Shown: positions 10,953-23,200, counted from the first letter of the stretch. The stretch: DNA of 64,000 nt from an uncultured delta proteobacterium (GCA_963822965.1 CAWGJT010000014.1:384001-448000); one strand, 5' to 3'. Program-made: numbers and translations. The notes: generated by a model from the letters alone, not told the origin.

Positions 10953-11017
10953 CCGTGCGCCGGGGTCGGTCAGGCGTACGCCGGGACAACAAACGTTAGT
11001 TGCAGGAGGCTTCGGCC

Positions 11018-11674
11018 ATGGACTTGATTTATTCGATGGTAGGGTTCTTCGTGACGGGTGGGCCGTTCATGTACCCGATCCTGATCGTGTTCGCAGTGGG
11101 AGCTGCGATCGCGGTCGAGCGCTACGTCACGCTGACGCTCATGAGAGCGAAGAATCAGAGTGCGTGGAGCAAGGTGCAGCCCGCGCTGATGAACGGGAAC
11201 TTCGAAGAAGCGCGGGAAATGACCAGCAAGGACGATTCCACCATCTCGCAGCTGCTGAGCATGGGCCTCGCCCGCCAGGGCGCAGTCCGACGTCGCGAGG
11301 ACATCGAGATCGCGATGGAGGAGAGCATGATGGAAATCATTCCCCAGCTGGAGAAGCGGACGCCCTACGTGGCGCTGGCCTCCAGCATCGCGACGCTGCT
11401 GGGCCTGCTGGGCACGATCATGGGCCTCATCTCGGCCTTCACCGCGGTGGCCAACGCCAACCCGGCCGAGAAGGCGGACCTGCTCTCGGCCAGCATCTCG
11501 GTCGCGATGAACACCACGGCCTTCGGGCTGATGGTGGCCATTCCGCTGCTGATCACGCACACGGTCCTCACTGCGAAGACGAGTGAGATCATCGACAGCC
11601 TCGAGATGGCCTCCGTGAAGGCCCTCAACGCGATCTCGGGCCGGGCCAAGCGCCAGATGGACGTGGCAGCATGA
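11018..11674 (+). CDS. MotA/TolQ/ExbB proton channel protein (AglR-like)
   Basis: RBS GGAGG upstream; motifs TLLGLLGTIMGLISAF and ISVAMNTTAFGLMVAIP. Confidence 0.93.
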   Translation: MDLIYSMVGFFVTGGPFMYPILIVFAVGAAIAVERYVTLTLMRAKNQSAWSKVQPALMNGNFEEAREMTSKDDSTISQLLSMGLARQGAVRRREDIEIAMEESMMEIIPQLEKRTPYVALASSIATLLGLLGTIMGLISAFTAVANANPAEKADLLSASISVAMNTTAFGLMVAIPLLITHTVLTAKTSEIIDSLEMASVKALNAISGRAKRQMDVAA

Positions 11675-12162
11675 GCCAGCAACACCACTACAGGCGGCGC
11701 GAGAAGGAAGCGCTCGAGCCGGACATGACCACCTTCCTGAACCTGATGGTGGTGTTGGTTCCGTTCCTGCTGATCACGGCCGTGTTCTCGCGCATCACGA
11801 TCGTCGAGCTCAGCCTTCCGACCTCTGCGGGAGGGTCGGCGGCTCGCGAAGCGAGCTTCCGGGTCGAAGTCATCGTTCGCGATCGCGGGCTCGAGGTTTC
11901 GAACGGAAGGGCGGTGATCGCGACGCTTCCGAAGGTGAACGACGAATACGACCTGGCGCGCCTGAGCGAGCTGGTGATCGAGCTCAAGCGCGATCATCCC
12001 GATCTGGACGACGCGTCGGTGCTGCTGGAGCCGGACATCGAGTACGACCATCTGATCCAGGTCATGGACGTCGTGCGGAGCGCCGAGCTCGCGGGAGTGG
12101 GTGACGCGCCCGCGACGCGGCTCGCCCTCTTCACCGACATCGCCATCGGAGACGCCCCGTGA
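11671..12162 (+). CDS. ExbD/TolR family protein 1 (Asn at the usual transmembrane Asp)
   Basis: DMTTFLNLMVVLVPFLL TM segment; C-terminal PDIEYDHLIQVMDVVR; ATGA overlap. Confidence 0.88.
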   Translation: MSQQHHYRRREKEALEPDMTTFLNLMVVLVPFLLITAVFSRITIVELSLPTSAGGSAAREASFRVEVIVRDRGLEVSNGRAVIATLPKVNDEYDLARLSELVIELKRDHPDLDDASVLLEPDIEYDHLIQVMDVVRSAELAGVGDAPATRLALFTDIAIGDAP

Positions 12163-12668
12163 AGAGCTCTCGCAGAATGAAGCGCATGTCGCGGCACCGG
12201 GGGAAGGTCACGAAGATGAACCTGACCTCGCTGATGGACGTGTTCACGATCCTGGTCTTCTTCCTGCTCGTCAACTCCGCCTCGACGGAGGTCCTGGAGA
12301 CGCCGAAGCAGATCACGCTTCCCGCGTCGGTGGTCGAGCAGAAGCCGCGGGAGACGGTCGTCATCTTCGTCTCGCCCACCGAAGTGACGGTGCAGGGGGA
12401 GGTGGTGGCGCTGGTGGAGGACATCCTGTCGGCGAACGGACAGAACATCGGACCGATCGGCGACCGGCTCGCGGAGGTGAACGAGAACGTCATCGGCTTG
12501 AAGACGGCGCAGGTGGCCGAGAGCCGAGAGGTGACGATCCTCGTCGACCGGACGGTCCCGTTCCAGGTCGTCAAGAAGGTGATGTCGACATGCACCAGCC
12601 AGGGTTTCGGCCGCATCTCTCTGGCGGTGCTGCAGAAGGCGCCGGAGAACCTCGCAGCCCAGGGGTAG
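12159..12668 (+). CDS. ExbD/TolR family protein 2
   Basis: MNLTSLMDVFTILVFFLL TM segment; ITLP; DRTVPFQVVKKVMSTC..GFGRISLAV. Confidence 0.9.
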   Translation: MKSSRRMKRMSRHRGKVTKMNLTSLMDVFTILVFFLLVNSASTEVLETPKQITLPASVVEQKPRETVVIFVSPTEVTVQGEVVALVEDILSANGQNIGPIGDRLAEVNENVIGLKTAQVAESREVTILVDRTVPFQVVKKVMSTCTSQGFGRISLAVLQKAPENLAAQG

Positions 12669-12677
12669 TGTGATCAC

Positions 12678-14045
12678 GTGGACGAACTAGCACTGGACGG
12701 CCAAGAGACGCTCCACGATCAGCTCTCGCAAGCGCGCGAGAAGCTGGATGCGCTCGTGCGAGATCTGCGCGCCATCGACGGCGAGATGGACGCTCTCTCG
12801 ACCGAGCGTCAGAAGTACCAGCTCCTGGGCGAGGTCTGCGTCCGGCTCGAGCAGCTGAGCGATCTCGGCGCGGCCGGGTTGTTCTGGGGTGAGCGCGCGG
12901 TGAACGGCGAGATCCAGGACCACCTGCGCCTCGCGCGCGGAAGGCTCGACTCCTTCCAGAAGACCCTGGACGAGATCGAGGAGAGGCGCCAGGCCGTCGT
13001 CGAGGAGATCGAGCGGGCGCAGGAGAGCACCGAGTTCATCGAGGACGACCTCCTCGAGGCGGAACGCCAGGCCGAGCAGCGCAAGCTGGAATGGATCGTC
13101 GAGCGGGAGGACGCTTCCTTCCCCGTGCGCCCCGCGGTGATGCCCTGGGCCCGGGGCGGCGAGGACGACCAACGCTTCCGCAAGGCCCTGGCTGCGGCGC
13201 TGCTCCTGAGCCTGCTCCTGGGTCTTCTGCTGCCGATGATCGACCTGCCGTTGCCGGAGCCGTGGGCGACGGTCGAGGTGCCGGAGCGCCTGGCCCGGCT
13301 GATCCAGGAGCGTCCGGAGCCGGCCCCCCCGCCGCCGCCCGTGCAGGAGGAGAAGAAGCTCCAGGAGACGAGTGAACCCGAGCTCGCCCAGGAGTCGGCA
13401 CCGGCCCAGAAGACGCCGAAGGCCACGCCCAAGAAGGTGACCGCCTCGAAGGGCATCCTCGCCTTCCGGGAGAAGTTCTCGAGCCTCGCCGACAACGAGC
13501 CCGCCGCGCGCCTGGGCTCACAGGCCCGCATCCGCGACCCGGGTGAAGTTGCAGCCGGGCGCTCGCAGCGCTCGATGGTCACGGCCCAGGGCGCGGGGTC
13601 CAGCGGCGGAATCGACGTCGGCACGCTGAGCCGGGACTTCGGCGGGGGCGGGGACTCGGAGATCGAAGGCGTTCAGGTCGCGCGCGCCACCAGCTCGATC
13701 GGCGCCGTCGGCGGCTCCGATCGGCCTCTGAGCGGCGACGGGCCGGGGTTGTCGCGCACGGACGAGGAGATCCAGATCGTATTCGATCGCCACAAGGCGG
13801 CGCTCTACCGCCTGTACAACCGGGAGCTGCGGCGGGATCCGACCCTGAAGGGACAGATGGTGCTCCGCATCCGGATCGAGCCGGACGGCAGCGTGTCCCT
13901 GTGCGAGCTGCACTCCTCGGACATGAAGGCCCCCCAGCTCTCGGCCCAGGTCGTCGAGCGCGTCGGGACCTTCGACTTCGGCGCCAAGGAGGGAATCCCG
14001 GCGATCACGATCCTCTATCCCATCGACTTCCTGCCGGCCACGTGA
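12678..14045 (+). CDS. TonB-like energy transducer with AgmX/PglI-type C-terminal domain (GltG-like)
   Basis: N-terminal coiled coil, single TM helix, Pro/Lys-rich then Gly-rich linker, C-terminal RTDEEIQIVF...LYRLYNRELRRDPTLKGQMVLRIRIEPDGSV...ITILYPIDF. Confidence 0.85.
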   Translation: MDELALDGQETLHDQLSQAREKLDALVRDLRAIDGEMDALSTERQKYQLLGEVCVRLEQLSDLGAAGLFWGERAVNGEIQDHLRLARGRLDSFQKTLDEIEERRQAVVEEIERAQESTEFIEDDLLEAERQAEQRKLEWIVEREDASFPVRPAVMPWARGGEDDQRFRKALAAALLLSLLLGLLLPMIDLPLPEPWATVEVPERLARLIQERPEPAPPPPPVQEEKKLQETSEPELAQESAPAQKTPKATPKKVTASKGILAFREKFSSLADNEPAARLGSQARIRDPGEVAAGRSQRSMVTAQGAGSSGGIDVGTLSRDFGGGGDSEIEGVQVARATSSIGAVGGSDRPLSGDGPGLSRTDEEIQIVFDRHKAALYRLYNRELRRDPTLKGQMVLRIRIEPDGSVSLCELHSSDMKAPQLSAQVVERVGTFDFGAKEGIPAITILYPIDFLPAT

Positions 14046-14111
14046 CGCGCGATGAGGAGGACGACGACCACCACGAATTTCGTTTGACAGATTGAGCCCC
14101 AGGCTCAACGC

Positions 14112-14204
14112 GATTCAGAAAAAGGCAAAGCCATCGAAAGGTGGCGACGCAAAGTCACCGGTCTACAGGGCCCAGGGCCCCACGACAGCGGGACCGCCGG
14201 AATC
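14112..14204 (+). ncRNA. c-di-GMP-I (GEMM-I) riboswitch aptamer
   Basis: GGCAAA-GCCATC-GAAA-GGTGGC-GACGCAAAGTCACCGGTCTAC...ACAGCGGGACCGCCG matches the GEMM-I layout. P2 stem has a GAAA tetraloop (14130-14145); P1 is gattc (14112-14116) with gaatc (14200-14204); located in the 5' leader of the giant surface protein. Confidence 0.9.
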
Positions 14205-14244
14205 CTGCCCTTTCCTCGGGCTTCCTCGGTCCCCTTTTCTTTTT
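14190..14244 (+). terminator. Intrinsic terminator forming the riboswitch expression platform
   Basis: gggaccg (14190-14196) pairs with cggtccc (14227-14233), inner pairs ggaa/ttcc and gccc/gggc, followed by cttttcttttt. Confidence 0.75.
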
Positions 14245-14284
14245 GGCGCAGCGTCGACTCGCCTGATGGAGAACGAGGCAGCAA

Positions 14285-17200
14285 ATGGTCCGCCGCGAAC
14301 GGCGCAGGGTGAGGCGAGCAGGAAGCAGCACGATGGGCATCGTGCTGGCCGGCCTTGCCGCGCTCTCGCTGCTTGCCGGGCGGGCGTCCGCCCAGGTCGT
14401 CCCGGCGACGTGCCCGGCCCAGCTCGGCACCGCGAACCTCATCCGCCACGACTTCAGCGTCTCCTTCTGCGAGCTGTGCGACGTCGGCACCGTCCGCATC
14501 GTGGTCGAGAACCCCTTCGGGCCCTCGGACGACATCGACTTCTCGGACCTCGTCGTCACCGAGAACCTGATGGCCTCGGGCCTCACCTACGTGCCGGGCA
14601 CCACGACCTTCACGGGCAACAACATCGCGGTACCGTCGGTCGTGGAGCCCACCGTGAGCGGCCCGAACGGCCGCGTCCTGACCTGGACCCTGGACCCCGG
14701 CTTCATCATGCGCGCGCGGCCCGGGGGCGGGAACAACCGCGCGAGGCTGATCATCCAGTTCCAGGTGCGGCGGGACGCGAGCGTCGGCGAGGAGGGCCTC
14801 GTCCAGGCGAACCGGACCATCGAAGCCTCGGTGGAGCTGACGCCGAGCTGCGCGCCGGGCGAGCGCTTCACCGACCTCTCCGGCCCGGGGACGCTGCCGC
14901 TCCGCGAGCCGATCCCCCGCATCATCAAGCGCGGCCGCAACGTCGACGCCGGCCAGAGCGCGGGCCGCTACTCCGACCCGGTCTACGGGCACGCGGGAGA
15001 CGACGTGATCTGGCGCATCGAGGTGCGCAACAGCGGCCTCGCCGACCTCCAGGACTTCGAGTTCAGCGACTCGATGGTGCCCGGAAACTTCGAGACCGAC
15101 TACGTGTGCGACAGCGAGGCCGAGGCGACGGCCGCGGCGAACGGCGCCGCGCCGCCCGGATGTCTCGCGGTGGGCGGCACGACCGACGTCCTCGGCCTGG
15201 ACGTGCGGGCGGTCTTCGGCGGAGCGGCAAACCCCTACATCGTCGCGCCCGCCGGCGGCAGGGGCTTCTACTACCTCGTGGGTCGCGTGACGAACTCCTG
15301 CGTGAACCGCACCAACACGGTCTTCGACGTCGAGTGGGGCTGTCAGAGCCAGCCGCCGACGGGAGGCATCACGGCCACCTCGAACGGCACCGTGCCCGGC
15401 GACTCGGCGCTCCTGAGCACCCAGTCCGTCGAGACCGGGCTCGCCGTCGACGTGGCGCTCACGGGCACCAATACCGCACAGCCCATGGGCTCCAAGGGCA
15501 CGGTGACCATCACGATCCGCAACAACACCGGCGGCACCATCAAGGACGGAGGTACGGGCATCCGTCTGCGGGACCTCCTGCCGCCGGAATACGTGGTCGA
15601 TCCGACCTTCGCGCCGACGGTGGCGGTGGCGCCGGCCTACAACAACGCCTACCCGGGCATGGTGGATACCCTCACGTGGACCAACCCGGCCGCGAGCACG
15701 GCGCCCCTGACCAACACCACTCCCGAGTTCCTGCTCACGAGCAGCACCGTGCATCCCGACTTCCCGGGCCAGCGCAACATGATCCGCCACGGAGACGTCG
15801 TGACGGTGACCTTCCGGACGGTGCTCATCGACCCGCAGTACTACGATCGGGTCGCGAACCTCGACGTGCGGACCGAGGCGCCCAACAGCGATCCGCCCGG
15901 CACCGATCCCACCGCGAGCTTCCCGATCAGCAACCGCACGGAGATCTGGTTCGAGGAGTTCTGTACCGCCAACGAGCACCACCTCGTGATCGACGACAAC
16001 TCCGTGGCGCGTCCGGAGGACCTGGACGTGGACGTCGTCGGGCCCGAGCTCGTCTTCATCCTCACCAACACGGGAGACCCGCTGCCGTTGACCGTGGCGC
16101 TCACCAACAACGGCGGACACGATGCGGACGACTACATCGCCTACGTGACCTTCGGCGAGGCGATGGTCGTGCAGAGCGCTCCGGCCGGCTGTACGGCCAC
16201 CACCAACCCACCCGCGTTCCCGGTCTGGCAGACCCCGGTCACCCTTCCGGGCACCGCGTCGGTGTACGTGTGCGACCGCGGCGTGATTTCTCCCGGTGAG
16301 ACGGAGCTGCTCGACTTCCAGGTCGTGAAGAACACCGCGGCCAGCTTCGACGACGATCTCACCTTCCGCGCCGACGTGATCGGGGAGATCACGTTGAGCG
16401 ACGGAACGCCGCTGGCGTTCCCGGACCCCATCGCGCGGACCGACGGCATCACGGATCGAGCGAACAACTACACGCTGGACGCCCTGTGGGCTCGCGTGAT
16501 CGGCTACAACCTCTTCAAGGACCAGCAGGGCACCTGCTCCGAGAACAATCCGCCTCCGGGCGATCCGGACGCCGAGGTGCAGATCGGCGAGGAGTGCACC
16601 TTCCACGTCGAATCGGGAGGCTGGTTCGGGTTCCAGACGCCCGGCTTCACGTACATCGCCGTCCAGAACATCCAGGTCGTCGACCAGATTCCCGACGGCC
16701 AGGGCTACGTCTCCTCCACGGACCCGCTCGTGACGAGCACCTCGGCGATTCTGGGCGTCTCGCTGAATCCGCCGCCCCAACCCCTCGAGGAAGGTCCCTT
16801 CGACTGGACCTTCAACACCGTCGTTCCGGCGGAGCGCATCACCGAGAAGGACCACTGGTTCCGGGTGGACGTCACGACGCGGCTGCTGAACGATCCCCTG
16901 GATACGAGCGCCGCCCCGAACGTCCATGCCGCCCCCAGCAGCAACGTGATGACCTCGACCTTCGAGGCGATCTTCTACAACCAGGTGACCGATCAGGAGG
17001 AGCTCTACAACCTCGGGCCGAACACCGTGGGATTCCCCCGCGAGGTGCACCGGCGGGTCGATCTCACGGTCACCGAGCCCCACCTGACCGTCACCAAGGA
17101 GGTCTGCAACGAGACCATCTACGGCGTCGGTCCGGCCTGCACCAACTTCGTACCCCTCGCGGACGACGGCGACGCCTTCGACACCTACGTGTATCGGGTG

Positions 17201-20200
17201 ACCGTCGCGAACGAAGCGGCGAGCGGCGGCGTGGCCCGGGCGCCCGCGTACGACGTCACGGTGACGACCGTGACGGATCCCAGCGATCAGCTCTTCGTCG
17301 ACCCGCTGACCGGTGACGCCCTGGACAACGACGGCGACGCGCCGCTCATCGACGCGGGAGACGCCAACGGTGAGGGCGTGATCACCGACAACACGGTGCT
17401 CAACGCCGTGCCGGCCCAGATCGTCGAGTCCTATACGAACAGCGACGCGCTGCTGCGCATCGACGCCGGGGAGAGCGTCGTGTTCTACTACCGGGTGGAT
17501 CCCGACGACATGGTCGCCCCGTTGCAGCAGCTGACCAATTCGGCCACGGCGTCCTACGACAGCCTCGAAGGCGCTTCCGGGGGCCAGACGACGCCCCAGG
17601 GCGCCAACGGGGAGGCCGGCGGAGCGCGCCAGTACGTGTCGGCGCCGGGAACGGCGACGATCCAGATCATTCCGGTGCAGGTCCCGCCCAAGCGCATCGT
17701 GCAGGTGTCGAACTCGCCCCTGGCGGTGCCGCCCGCTACACAGCCGGTCTCCATCGGAGAGGAGGTGGAGTTCGAGCTGCGTGCGCTGATCCCGGTGGCC
17801 CAGCTGCGGAGCTTCGTGATCCGCGACGAGCTGCCCGAGGGCCTCACCTGCGCGGAGGCCCCCGTGGTGGACCTCGGCGCCGCGCCCTACGCGGCGGCGG
17901 CCTTCGTGCCGGGCGGCGTCTTCACACCGACCTGTACCGACACCGAGGTGGTCTGGGACTTCGGCAACCAGACCGTCACCCAGTCGAATCGGTCGGACAG
18001 ACGCTTCGACTTCGGGGTTCGCTTCGTCGCTCGCGTGGGCAACCTCGCCGTCAACCAGGAGGGCGTGGTGATCACCAACGGCGGCAGCGCCACGGTGACC
18101 ACGGTCTCCTACGTCGACGAGGCCCTGAACCCGGTGGTGATCCCGATCGACGCGGCGGCGGTCGTGGTCCGCGAGCCGGTGATCGCCCTGGAGAAGGCGT
18201 TCTCGACCGCCCTGACCGATGCGGCCGACCTGCCTCGCGTGACCGTCACCGCCACGAACACCGGGACGGCCACCGCCTACAACCTGCGCGTCCTGGACGA
18301 CCTCTCGGCGGGTCGCATCCACTTCTTCGGCGACGTCAGCGGGACCGATCCCCCGACCGCCGATGTCACCACGTTCGGCCCGGACCTCCCGCTCTTCACC
18401 TGGGCGCCGGGCTTCGCGATCGCACCCGGCGAGTCGGTCTCCTTCTCGTTCGCCGTGCAGGTGGACGGAGCCGTGGAGCCTCTCGAGGTTCTGGACAACA
18501 CGATCCAGGCCGACTGGACCTCCCTGCCGAGCAGCACGACGGCCCTGAACTCCAGCGGGCAGATCGGACCCGACGGCACGCCCACGGGCATGCGCAACGG
18601 GGCCCTGCCGAACGCCGCCGTCGCGCCCAACGACTACGAAGCCCAGGCGACGGCGGCGATGTCCGTGCCCCCGCTCACCGTGACGAAGACCGATCTCGAC
18701 CCGGCACTCACGCCCGAGATCGGCGTCCACAAGTCCTTCGAGGTGGTGATCGAGCTGCCCGAGGGCGTGAGCCAGGACGTCGTCGTCAACGACGACCTCG
18801 CTTCGGGCACGACCAGCTACGTGCTCACCCGGAACGCGGACTTCGACGTCAGCTATGCGTTCGAAGGGATCGCGAGCGTCAACGGGCAGGCGCCGGCCGA
18901 GGCCGCCTTCCTCGCCGTCCCGGTCGACGGGACGAGCGGGACCGCCGTCTGGTCGATCGGAACGGTGGTCACCGATGCGGAGGACGACTTCGCGACCCAG
19001 ACCGTGAACCCGACCATCCGGATCCGCTACTTCGCGCGCATCAACAACGACCTCACGACGAACGTGGGCAGCGCCCTCCAGAACACCGCGCTGCTGAACT
19101 ACACGAACGGCGAGACCGGCGCTCAGGAGGCGCTCCTCTCCGCCACCGCACCGGTGGTGGCGACCGAGTCCTCGCTCACCGCCACCAAGGTCCTGACCAA
19201 CGTGACGGTGGGCAAGGCGCCGGGAGATCCCCCGGCCTTCGGCGACATCCTCCAGTACGTGGTCACCATCGTGAACGGCGGCAACGCGACCGCGTATGAC
19301 GTGAACGTGGTCGACACCCTGCCGCCCGAGCTGATGCTCTACGCGGGCTTCACGCCGACGGCCGAGATCAGCTCCGTCCCCGTGGCCGGGTTCGTGGCAA
19401 CGCCCGGCGGCGCGCCCGACGGGCCGCTGGTGTGGGGGCGCCAGAACGGCGACGACAGCCTCGACATTCCGCAGGGCGGCTTCCTGGCGCTCACCTACCA
19501 GGTGGTCGTCCGCACGCCGCTGCTCGACCCGACGCTCATCGAGAACAGCGTCTTCACCGACTGGACCTCCCTCGACGCAGACAGCGTCTACGAGCGGACC
19601 GGCGACGGCTGCCCGGTGGTCACACCCCCGGACGACTACTGCTTCGGGCCGGCGGTGGCGTCGGGGACGGCAGAGCCCGTTCCGCCTCCGGCCGCCCTGC
19701 TGAAGGAGAACACCCAGGCGACCGCCTCGGTGGGAGAGGCCTTCCGGTACCGAATCACGGTTCCCGCGACTCCCTACGCGTTCGCGCTGAACGACGTGCG
19801 AATCCACGACGACCTGACCGCGTCCGCGGCCGACCTCCGCTTCCTGAGCGTCTCGAAGATCCAGGGCTCGGGTGCCTGGACCCCGGTCAATACCGGCACT
19901 GCGACCAACCTGACGATCGAAGACACGACCAACGGCATCGACATTCCGGCCGGCGAGCAGATCGTCGTGGAGATCACCGTCGTCCTCGAGAATACGGCGA
20001 CGAACGTGAGCGGGCTCGCGTTCACCAACACCGCTTCGTACATCTACAACTGGGTCGACGGCGATCCCGCGAGCCAGCGTCCGGGCATGCCCGGCACCAC
20101 GGCGCCCATGACGATCGTGGGCCCGGACGTGCTGACGCTCGTGAAGAGCGGCCCGCCGACGATGACGCTGGGGACCCCCGCGACCTTCACCCTCGACGTC

Positions 20201-23200
20201 CACAATGCGAGCACCGGGCCGGCCTGGAACCTGACGATCACGGATCAGCTGGCCGACGGCGCCACGGGCGGCACCTGCGACCTGCCGCCGTCCCAGGTCA
20301 CGGCCCGGGTCTTCCAGGCGGACGGGGTGACGCCGGTCTCCGCCCCGCTCGTCGCGGGCTCGGACTTCGCGACCACGTTCGACGCGGGCACGTGCGTGTT
20401 CGGCATCTCCATGCTCTCCGCGGCGACCGTCCTCGACGCCGACCAGCGCCTGCTCGTCAGCTACGACGCCAGCCTCGACGGAGACACCCAGGACGGCGCC
20501 GTTCTCACGAACGTGGCCGGCGCGACGGAGTGGTTCAGCACCGACGGCGCGAACCCGGCGACCGTCGCCGACCGGCGCACCTACACGCGCGTCCTGACCG
20601 ACGGAACGGTCGGCGTGTTGGACCACGAGGACGCGCACACGCTCACGGTCGCGCTACCGACCTACCGGTTCGAGAAGACGGTGATCAACGTGACCACGGG
20701 CGCGGACCCCGGCACGGTCGCGACGCCGGGCGACACCCTCCGCTACCGACTGGTCGTGGAGAACCTGAGCGCCGTCCCGCTCGACAACGTCAGGATCCTC
20801 GACGAGCTGGGCGCCCTGAACGCGAGTCCGGTGTTCCAGCCCGGCACGCTGACGCTGGTGACCGTGCCCCCGGGCGCCGACGTGACGAACACCAGCAGCA
20901 CGGGCGGTGCCGACGGCACCGGCGTGCTGGACGTCCGGAACCTGAGCCTGCCGGGCCTGAACGACACGGTGCTGATCGAGTTCGAGATCGTCCTCGCCCC
21001 CGTGATCGCGGCCGGAACGCAGGTGACCAACCAGTCGCAGCTGCTCTTGAGCGACATTCCCTTCGCGTTGAGCGACGATCCCAACGTGAACGGTCCGGCC
21101 GACCCGATGGTCGCCGGGGACGAGGATCCGACGCGGGTCTTGATCCAGTCCGCACCGCTCTTCCAGGTACAGAAGGTCTCGTCCTACGTGACGGGCGATC
21201 CCACCGTCCTGCTGGCCGGGGAGACGCTGCGGTACACGATCACCGTGAAGAACGTGGGAACCGCCAACGCGGTCGACGCGACGCTTCGCGACGCGATTCC
21301 GGTGAACACCCAGTACGTGGCCGGCTCGACGACCCTGAACGGTGCGCCGGTCGCCGACGGGCCGGGAGGCGTGGCGCCGCTCAGCACGGGAATCCCGATC
21401 CACGCGCCCGAGGATCCCACCCCCGGCGCGATGCGCGCAGACGGGTCCGCCACCCCGGACAACGTGGCCACCCTCGTCTTCGACGTGGTCGTCGATCCGG
21501 ACGTGGTCGACGGTACCGTCATCTCGAACCAGGCCTTCGTCAGCGCCGTCCAGGGAGGCGTCTCGGACCAGCCCTCGGACGACCCCCGCACGGTCCTCGC
21601 GGACGACCCGACGCGCGACGTCGTGGGCAACGCCCCGTTGCTCTTCGCGCCCAAGAGCGTCGTGATCGGCGTGGACGGCGGGACGACGGGAATCGTCGAT
21701 CCGGGCGACCAGCTGCACTACACGATCACCGTCTACAACAGCGGGGCCGTTGCGGCGACCGGCGTTGCGCTGAGTGACGTCGTCCCGGCCAACACGACCT
21801 ACGTGCCGAACACGCTGACCCTGAACGGTCTCCCCGTGGGCCAGCCGGACGGGGGCGTTTCGCCGCTGGTGGCCGGGATCGCGATCAGCTCCGCGGATCT
21901 CACCCCGCCCGTCCCGGCGCCGGGGGCGGGCGTGCTCAGCCCGGGCCAGGCCGCCGTGGTCGGCTTCGACCTGCTCGTGAACGCCGGCACGCCGACGGGC
22001 ACGATCATCAGCAACCAGGCCGTGGTGCGCAGCGACCAGGTACCGACCCTGCTGACCGACGGCGACGGCAACCCGGCGACGGGTCCGGAGCCGACGATGG
22101 TCGTGGTCGGCGACGGGCAACAGCTCTCGATCACCAAGCAGGTCGCGGTGGTGGGCGGTGGGGCCGCGCTGCCGGGCTCGCAGCTCGAGTACATCGTACG
22201 GGTCGTCAACATCGCGGCCGTGCCGGCGAACACGGTGTCGATCACGGACGACCTCGATGCTCCCGTCGCGGGCCAGCTCGCCTACGTCGCCACGTCGGCG
22301 ACGATGAACGGCGCGGCCACGGGCGTGAGCGTCGTCGGGTCCGTCATCACGGCCGACTACGGCGGCACCTACGGCCCGCTGCAGCCGGGCGAGGCGGTCG
22401 TGCTGCGCTTCCTCGCGGTGCTCGACCCCGGAATCGCGATCGGCACGACGGTCACCAACACCGGGGTCGTCACGTGGAACACGCCGCCGCAGACGGCGAA
22501 CGCGAGCGTCTCGTTCGCCGTGGGCGGGACGCCCGGGGTCGGCGCCCTGAACGGCACGCTGTGGCACGACGCCGACTTCGACCTGTCCCTGGACCCCGGC
22601 GAGAGCGTGCTGCAGGGCTGGACGGTGGAGCTGCTTCGTGACGGCGTTTCGCTGCAGTCGGTGCTGAGCGATAGCAACGGCGCGTATCGCATCGCCGGAC
22701 TCGCGCCGAACGACACCGGCGGCGTGCAGTACGCCCTGCGGTTCCAGGCGCCGGGCGCCGGCGCCAGCACGGCTTCCCTGGGCCGGGCCGATTCGCCGTT
22801 CACCAACGGACCGCAGGAGATCACCGACATCGTGGTGGCCTCCGGGAGCAATCTCCAGAACCTCAATCTGCCGATCCAGCCGAACGGCGTGGTCTACGAC
22901 TCCATCCAACGGACGCCGCTCGCCGGCGCGACCCTGACCCTGCTGAGCGGAGGGGCGGGCATCGCCCTGCCGTCGACCTGCTTCGACGATCCGGCGCAGC
23001 AGGGCCAGGTCACCCTGGACAGCGGCGACTACAAGTTCGACCTGAACTTCTCGGATCCCTCGTGCCCGAGCGGCGGCAACTACCTGATCTCGGTGACGCC
23101 CCCGGGAACGACCTACGTCGCCGGAACCTCCCAGGTCATCCCGCCGAGCTCCGACGCCGGGACGCCGCCGTTCTCCGTGCCCGCGTGCCCCGGGACCGCC

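Noticed and set aside
11018..14045. Ordinary TonB-ExbBD uptake or Tol-Pal system
   Set aside because: No TonB-dependent receptor, tolB or pal is nearby; two ExbDs, the TPR set and the AgmX/PglI-type C-domain fit the Agl/Glt-like class better.
14084..14112. Sigma70 promoter from TTGACA at 14084-14089, and hairpin ttgagcc/ggctcaa at 14092-14108
   Set aside because: There is no acceptable -10 hexamer at the proper spacing; the hairpin has no T-tract and its role cannot be supported.
14112..14204. 3',3'-cGAMP (GEMM-Ib) specificity of the riboswitch
   Set aside because: The discriminator position is G (14124), not A, so c-di-GMP is the better prediction; only a binding assay would settle it.
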